DNA of 19,922 nucleotides from Candidatus Woesearchaeota archaeon (GTDB lineage Archaea; Nanobdellota; Nanobdellia; Pacearchaeales; GW2011-AR1): NCBI GenBank assembly GCA_964366925.1, contig CAYIVX010000016.1, positions 1 to 19,922 of the forward strand, read 5' to 3'. Shown piece by piece: positions 15,475 to 19,922 of this stretch (position 1 is its first letter; each line of letters starts with the position of its first letter). The notes under the pieces were generated by a model. It saw only the letters and a program-made list of their open reading frames with translations, ran no database searches and was not told where the DNA came from. The position numbers and the translations under genes were made by a program.

Positions 15475-16722
15475 ATGAGAAAAAATGTGGGGTTGGTTTT
15501 AACTTTTGTAGTTTTATTATTTTTTAGTTTAAGTTTAGTTTCTTTTATTTCTGCAGGCCAGCTTCAGGTTACACAAGAGCATCCATTTTTAATAAATGGA
15601 AGTTGGATGCCTGCTAAGAATTTACATGTTGGTGATATTTTGCAGACTAGTGATGGCGGAAAAGTTAGAATAACTAGTATTGAAGATATTATTTCCGAAA
15701 AACCTTTTTTTGTTTATAATTTTGAAGATACTTTTGGAATTAATAATTATATTGTAAATGGTGGCGATGGGATTGGGGTTGTTGTGCATAATAGCAATGC
15801 TAATGTTAATCCTCCTAGGAGATATTCTGATTCTTATCTTGAACGTATTATTGCCACAGAGGATCCAAAATATGCTGTGAGTCCCACTTATAAGTCTAGA
15901 ATGGTTTCTGCAATAGATGAAAATGTTATAAATTTAAAACCTGGAAGTCAACAAGAAACTCTTTTAGAAACTATTGATGATAGACTGGCAGTTGCTGAAA
16001 CGACTATTCTTGAAAATGGTAAAAAGGACGTTGATCTTATAGAGGCTTTAAATACTGGAAAGAAAATTGTTCAAGGTACGGGCTCTTCTACTACTTCTTT
16101 TTCACCAAGTTTTGTAACTGGCAAATATGCATATTTAGATTCGAAGTTAAACAGTAATTTTATGAAGTCAGGAAATCCTAATTTAAGAGAATTCGACACT
16201 ACTGCTGATGGTCCTGATGCTTTATTTACTGCGTTTTTTAAGGATTATAATGCAAATCCAAAAAATAAGGCTAAAATTGTTAATGTTTTATCTGTCTATG
16301 AAAAATCTTATGACATTCCTGAAAGTACACAGAAGTTTATTTATCAGGTCTATAAAGTAAGATATGGTGCAGGTAGTGAAGGAAATTGGATTGTGCATGG
16401 ACAACCCGCAGCAAAACAAGCAGTACTAAATCATCTTTATAATCTTGGTGACAAAGTTCTTAAAACTCAAAATTATGAAGAAAGAGTAAAATTAATAGCT
16501 CAATATGAGTGGTGGTTTTTTAATTCAAATCCAACTATACGCGGTGGTGCTTCTATCGGCGATATAATGTCTCTTTCTATGCAGATTAAAATAGGCATGC
16601 CCATAAGAAAAGTGTATTATCATAAGGATTTTGAAGCTTTGAGCATGACTCTTGAGGACTATACTAAATTTGTAATAAATGAATTCAAGATTAATGTTAA
16701 TAATGTCCCTCTTCCACCTTAA
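15475..16722 (+). CDS. Cassette C: signal peptide + Hint C-terminal fragment + unknown 307-aa C-terminal domain
   Basis: MRKNVGLVLTFVVLLFFSLSLVSFISA|GQLQVTQEHPF...GIGVVVHN|SN, followed by unique sequence (…YEWWFFNSNPTIRGGASIGD…) that matches no family I can name. Confidence 0.8.
   Translation: MRKNVGLVLTFVVLLFFSLSLVSFISAGQLQVTQEHPFLINGSWMPAKNLHVGDILQTSDGGKVRITSIEDIISEKPFFVYNFEDTFGINNYIVNGGDGIGVVVHNSNANVNPPRRYSDSYLERIIATEDPKYAVSPTYKSRMVSAIDENVINLKPGSQQETLLETIDDRLAVAETTILENGKKDVDLIEALNTGKKIVQGTGSSTTSFSPSFVTGKYAYLDSKLNSNFMKSGNPNLREFDTTADGPDALFTAFFKDYNANPKNKAKIVNVLSVYEKSYDIPESTQKFIYQVYKVRYGAGSEGNWIVHGQPAAKQAVLNHLYNLGDKVLKTQNYEERVKLIAQYEWWFFNSNPTIRGGASIGDIMSLSMQIKIGMPIRKVYYHKDFEALSMTLEDYTKFVINEFKINVNNVPLPP
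15556..15798 (+). repeat. Hint-C module, copy C
   Basis: See copies A and B. The 5' third resembles B and the 3' two-thirds resemble A. Confidence 0.85.
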
Positions 16723-16725
16723 AAA

Positions 16726-18546
16726 TTAAAATTGAAAATCAATATTCTCATAATTAATATTCATATTTTTATCTAATTTTAATAATAATGACTGGTTCTG
16801 CTTGAATGTAATTGGAATCGTTCTTGTTTTTTTGTCTAGATTCATCGTTAATTCAAGAGATACAGGACCTAAACTATCTGATTGATGATAAGTTAAAGGA
16901 TATGTGACTGTTTTAGTTGCTGGATGAGCCATGAATAAGTAGGTATCTTCGCCTTCAGTTCTAGTCCAGTATTCTGGCAAGACTGCTCCTTCCAGGATCG
17001 GTCTGATTGAACGAGAAAGATTGCTAGTTATATTATTTAATGAAGTTAATTCTTCTAAATTTCTTTTATAACTTTCTGTTGATTTGGAACTGGGTTCATA
17101 TGGCAAATGTTTGAGGCATATAGGAACTCCTTGCTTTCCCAATTCTAATATTCTGCTTAGGGCTGTACTATCCAAGAAGTTAACATCTAAATATAATGTT
17201 TCAAATTCTTGATTATTAATTTTAAGTTTCTTATCTTCTACTTTTGCATCTTTTAATAGACCCATTGATAGCCATAAGGGATTGTGTCCTGCTAGTTCTT
17301 TCGGCATTCGTACATGCCTAAGATCATAGTGAAAGATTCCTCCCGGCCTCATCATACTTTGAGGGTATTGATCCTTAATCCAATTATCTTCGATTGGTAA
17401 ATAAACTGCAACGTTTGAAAGTGTTTTTCCTATTTGCATTTTTTCACTTATTTTTTCCAAATAATTATTGAATTCTGGCAGTTTATCTGCAAAAGCAGAG
17501 TCGGGTCCTACATGAGTGGTTGCATAGAATTCATTTCTTCCATCTTTGGCGTTGAAGGGCATCCCATGCCAGATTATGTGGTTTATTCCATTGGCAAATA
17601 GAGAATCAGCTAAAAGTTTTATATCACCTATAAATTCTCTTTTCTTGAACCTTGCTGGATTAAAACCATATAAACAGGTAAATGATTCTGCACTTACTAT
17701 CCTTTTATCTTTTAATGCTGCTGCAGAGGCTGCTATTCTTGAAAATGGCGGATCAAATAATAGAGATTCACTTTCAGGAATATCCGTATTAGCATAGGCT
17801 TCTAATAAGTCTGTTGGAGAACCATGGCATTGGACTCTTGATTGGGTTCCAAGTTCATGGCAAATATTTGTAAAATTTTTGTAAAAGTTTTGAATAATCA
17901 TTTCAGAAACTAATTTTCTATAATCATATAAAACTCCGGGTTCTAGTGTTTTTTGTTTCATGGATTCAGATAGGTTATATCCATATCTTTCATAAAATTT
18001 TTCTTCTATACCAGGGGTCCATAATTTTCTGGAATCTAATTCCCAGGAATCGCAAAACAATGCAGAATTTCCCTTATTCAGGGCTCCTTTAAGTGCAGAA
18101 CCCATAACATCAGAATAAGCTTTAAGTGCTTCTTTACTTAGATGATCAAGAATATTGACCGGACCACAATCTCTCATTTCCCAAGAGGTATCTAATTGTT
18201 GGACTCTCTGCAGGGGAAATTCTCTTGAAGCATCTTTTTCTTTAATAAATGAACCTGCAAAAGGCCACATACTACCAAAAGTGAAATCGCACCCCAACCC
18301 CTGTTCTTGTGAGTATTGCTTAGCGTATTCTACTTTATTCGACCATTCCTTGGACAACCATTTTGGTCCTTTTCTTTCTTGTCCAGATGGATAAATCCAA
18401 GCTATTTCAACTCCACCAAAATTATTCTTTTTAATCCAATCTAGTTGATTTTTGATATCTTCTGAACGTATTTCATCTCTGAACCACCACCATCTAGTGT
18501 AGGGTTTTGTACGAGAATATTCTGTGATTAATTTTGAATCTGCCAT
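16726..18546 (-). CDS. Glycoside hydrolase-like protein (TIM-barrel type with an N-terminal RWWW motif; GH106-like as far as I can recall)
   Basis: KPYTRWWWFRDEIRSEDIKNQLDWIKKNNFGGVEIAWIYPSG...LSKEWSNKVEYAKQYSQEQGLGCDFTFGSMWPFAG fits the pattern P-x-x-R-W-W-W ... GGVE ... L-S-x-E-W ... G-x-x-W-P-x-(G/A)-G seen in that hydrolase family. No signal peptide. It lies 6 nt downstream of gene 18553..19050. Confidence 0.55.
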   Translation of the reverse strand: MADSKLITEYSRTKPYTRWWWFRDEIRSEDIKNQLDWIKKNNFGGVEIAWIYPSGQERKGPKWLSKEWSNKVEYAKQYSQEQGLGCDFTFGSMWPFAGSFIKEKDASREFPLQRVQQLDTSWEMRDCGPVNILDHLSKEALKAYSDVMGSALKGALNKGNSALFCDSWELDSRKLWTPGIEEKFYERYGYNLSESMKQKTLEPGVLYDYRKLVSEMIIQNFYKNFTNICHELGTQSRVQCHGSPTDLLEAYANTDIPESESLLFDPPFSRIAASAAALKDKRIVSAESFTCLYGFNPARFKKREFIGDIKLLADSLFANGINHIIWHGMPFNAKDGRNEFYATTHVGPDSAFADKLPEFNNYLEKISEKMQIGKTLSNVAVYLPIEDNWIKDQYPQSMMRPGGIFHYDLRHVRMPKELAGHNPLWLSMGLLKDAKVEDKKLKINNQEFETLYLDVNFLDSTALSRILELGKQGVPICLKHLPYEPSSKSTESYKRNLEELTSLNNITSNLSRSIRPILEGAVLPEYWTRTEGEDTYLFMAHPATKTVTYPLTYHQSDSLGPVSLELTMNLDKKTRTIPITFKQNQSLLLKLDKNMNINYENIDFQF

Positions 18547-18552
18547 GATTAT

Positions 18553-19050
18553 TTATTCTACTCGCCAAAACTTCTTTCTTCTTTCGTATATAATTTCTCC
18601 TGAGAAAGCTTTATCTTGAGGATATAGCTGTTTGCTAGATAACAGATTCATTACATTTTTTAGCTCATCTGCCGTAGTGCTATTGGTTATTCCGGGCAAT
18701 TTTCCATGTATTAGATATTGATAGCTAACAGTGGTTACTTCTGTTGGATTTTTCGGAAATTTGCTTAAAGAACATTTTTTGGCTTCAAGCACCCTTATTG
18801 CGTCCTTATCTTTAAGTAAGCCTGTTTGGCATTCTATTAGAACTAGTTCAAGTTTTGAAGGAATTCTAGTATCATTGCATACTTTTGTTAATTCGGTTTC
18901 TATTTCTGCTTTTGAATTAGGGCAGTTAAAAAGTGCATATGCTTCTCCTGTTCTTTCAGGTTCATTGTCTTTTTTATAGTTTACATCTCTTACCATATGT
19001 GCTCTTTCTGGGCCAGGCCAATCTTTGCAGGAGTCTTCTGTTTTTTCCAT
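18553..19050 (-). CDS. Hypothetical 165-aa protein, first gene of a two-gene minus-strand operon
   Basis: Clean ORF with a TATA box 21 nt upstream of the ATG. No recognisable motif. Confidence 0.55.
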   Translation of the reverse strand: MEKTEDSCKDWPGPERAHMVRDVNYKKDNEPERTGEAYALFNCPNSKAEIETELTKVCNDTRIPSKLELVLIECQTGLLKDKDAIRVLEAKKCSLSKFPKNPTEVTTVSYQYLIHGKLPGITNSTTADELKNVMNLLSSKQLYPQDKAFSGEIIYERRKKFWRVE

Positions 19051-19071
19051 GGTTATTATAGTCCTAGGTAT

Positions 19072-19114
19072 TATTTAAATCTTTCTATTTGTTACTATGT
19101 TGAAGTAGGTACAT
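19072..19114 (-). promoter_or_regulatory. TATA box (minus-strand TTTAAATA, 19072-19079) plus a conserved 43-nt promoter element
   Basis: tatttaaatctttctatttgttactatgttgaagtaggtacat has a 21-nt spacer to the ATG at 19050. It is shared with 15303-15345 and partly with 13551-13577. Confidence 0.6.
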
Positions 19115-19115
19115 A

Positions 19116-19922
19116 TTAATTTAAGCTTAAATCTAATCTTCGTCGTCTTTCTATTTCTCTTTGGCAGGCTTGTTTTTTGCTGTTAAATAAATCATCTACT
19201 TGTCCGATGGGATAGTTTTCAATGTCTGTTCCAAGGGATAATATTTTATCTGCAACTTCATGAAGTTCTTGTTCGAAGTCTTCTATTTCTTTTATTGTGA
19301 ATTTATGGTCTTTTTGAATTCCCAATTTAAGATAGTGGAAGCTTGTTTTTGACGGGAGTATGTTTTTCTTTTTGTGCAGAAGCAGATTGTAGAAAAGAGC
19401 TTGTCTTTCGAAATTTTTATCTTGACTTACACTGTTGCTTGTTTTATAGTCGATTATTGTTTGTTCTTTATTATTTTTTTCTGTTGCTTGCAAGTCGATT
19501 ATTCCTTTTAATCCTATTTTCATTATTTCATTTTCTCTGAATGGAAAAGTTATCTTTTCTTCGCAAATAGGATCTTCGTGTAGATTGATTATTTGCATAC
19601 CCCTTAATACTGCTCCAAGGTAATCACTCATGTTTAGAATATTTCCATTGATATCTTTATGATAATTCAGATTTTGTTTTTCCCATTGACGAATTAGATG
19701 CATACAAGTTTCGTCTCCATCGAATTCTTTTTTTGCATATTTTTCTAGGCATTGGTGGACAATATTTCCCGATAGTCCGTAGCAAATAGGCACTGAAGTA
19801 TCATCTGGAACTTTAGCTATGTGGGTTAGATAAAATAAAAGCGGGCTTTGATAGAATAAATTTAAGCTAGAGGGAGATAAATTAAACGAAATCTTCGATT
19901 CACCTTTTTTTTCGAACACCAT
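19116..19922 (-). CDS. PD-(D/E)XK superfamily nuclease (RecB/Cas4-like fold, without the Cys cluster)
   Basis: N-terminal SPSSLNLFYQSPLLFYL helix, GIIDL (motif II Asp), IIDYKT (D-x-K motif III) and QALFY (QxxxY). The ATG falls on the last 3 nt of the window, so the true start could lie outside it. Confidence 0.6.
   Translation of the reverse strand: MVFEKKGESKISFNLSPSSLNLFYQSPLLFYLTHIAKVPDDTSVPICYGLSGNIVHQCLEKYAKKEFDGDETCMHLIRQWEKQNLNYHKDINGNILNMSDYLGAVLRGMQIINLHEDPICEEKITFPFRENEIMKIGLKGIIDLQATEKNNKEQTIIDYKTSNSVSQDKNFERQALFYNLLLHKKKNILPSKTSFHYLKLGIQKDHKFTIKEIEDFEQELHEVADKILSLGTDIENYPIGQVDDLFNSKKQACQREIERRRRLDLSLN

Noticed and set aside
8126-15798. Classical cassette switching, in which silent orphan toxin tips recombine into the main gene through shared Hint sequence
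   Set aside because: The main gene carries only the Hint-N part and the cassettes carry only the Hint-C part. By eye there is no shared nucleotide homology between the expression locus and the cassettes to drive replacement. Cassettes B and C also have their own promoters and signal peptides. Recombination among the cassettes themselves remains plausible.
11844-15798. The three spaced ~240-nt repeats as a CRISPR-like or other non-coding repeat array
   Set aside because: The repeats are in-frame coding sequence with mostly conservative or synonymous differences. They are about 1.8 kb apart and lie inside long ORFs. No short regular repeat-spacer structure exists anywhere in the window.
16480-16570. 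A Fic/Doc (Fido) motif in the cassette C payload (WFFNSNPTIRGGASIGD versus H-x-F-x-[DE]-G-N-G-R-x-x-R)
   Set aside because: The catalytic His is missing (Trp occupies its place), and the G-N-G-R core is not matched. The resemblance is too weak to call.
1-19922. tRNA/rRNA genes, transposases, integrases or terminal inverted repeats that would delimit a mobile island
   Set aside because: I could not recognise any in either strand. The mobile-element flavour rests only on the Bro-N, MNT/HEPN, AbiE and PD-(D/E)XK genes.

Overview
Strongly AT-rich, gene-dense accessory region. It is probably from a small-genome (DPANN-like) archaeon. Six genes have an 8-bp TATA box exactly 21 nt upstream of the ATG with no Shine-Dalgarno sequence, which fits leaderless archaeal transcripts, and one ORF looks like an archaeal type IV pilin. 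Gene order, left to right: the tail of a GLUG-repeat surface protein; a pilin-like protein and a Gly/Ser-rich membrane-anchored protein; a truncated Bro-N gene; an MNT/HEPN toxin-antitoxin pair; an operon of three secreted proteins (a frameshifted beta-helix repeat protein, a 1002-aa Cys-rich giant protein, a YD/RHS-repeat protein); an AbiEi/AbiEii pair; then three paralogous cassette genes. Each cassette is followed by a tightly convergent minus-strand unit: a Zn-ribbon protein, an SGNH hydrolase, and a 165-aa protein plus a glycoside hydrolase. A PD-(D/E)XK nuclease lies at the right edge. Main finding: a Hint (intein/Hedgehog-type) autoprocessing domain appears to be genetically split. The N-terminal part (Cys1, block A) forms the last 61 aa of the giant surface protein. 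The complementary part (TxxH block B through the terminal HN followed by Ser+1) occurs three times, each directly after a signal peptide and each fused to a different C-terminal domain: kinase-like, transglutaminase/papain-like, and unknown. Conservation among the three copies stops exactly at the HN|SN junction. This suggests a polymorphic-effector system assembled or released in trans by a split Hint. All functional calls come from motif recognition by eye; no searches were run.
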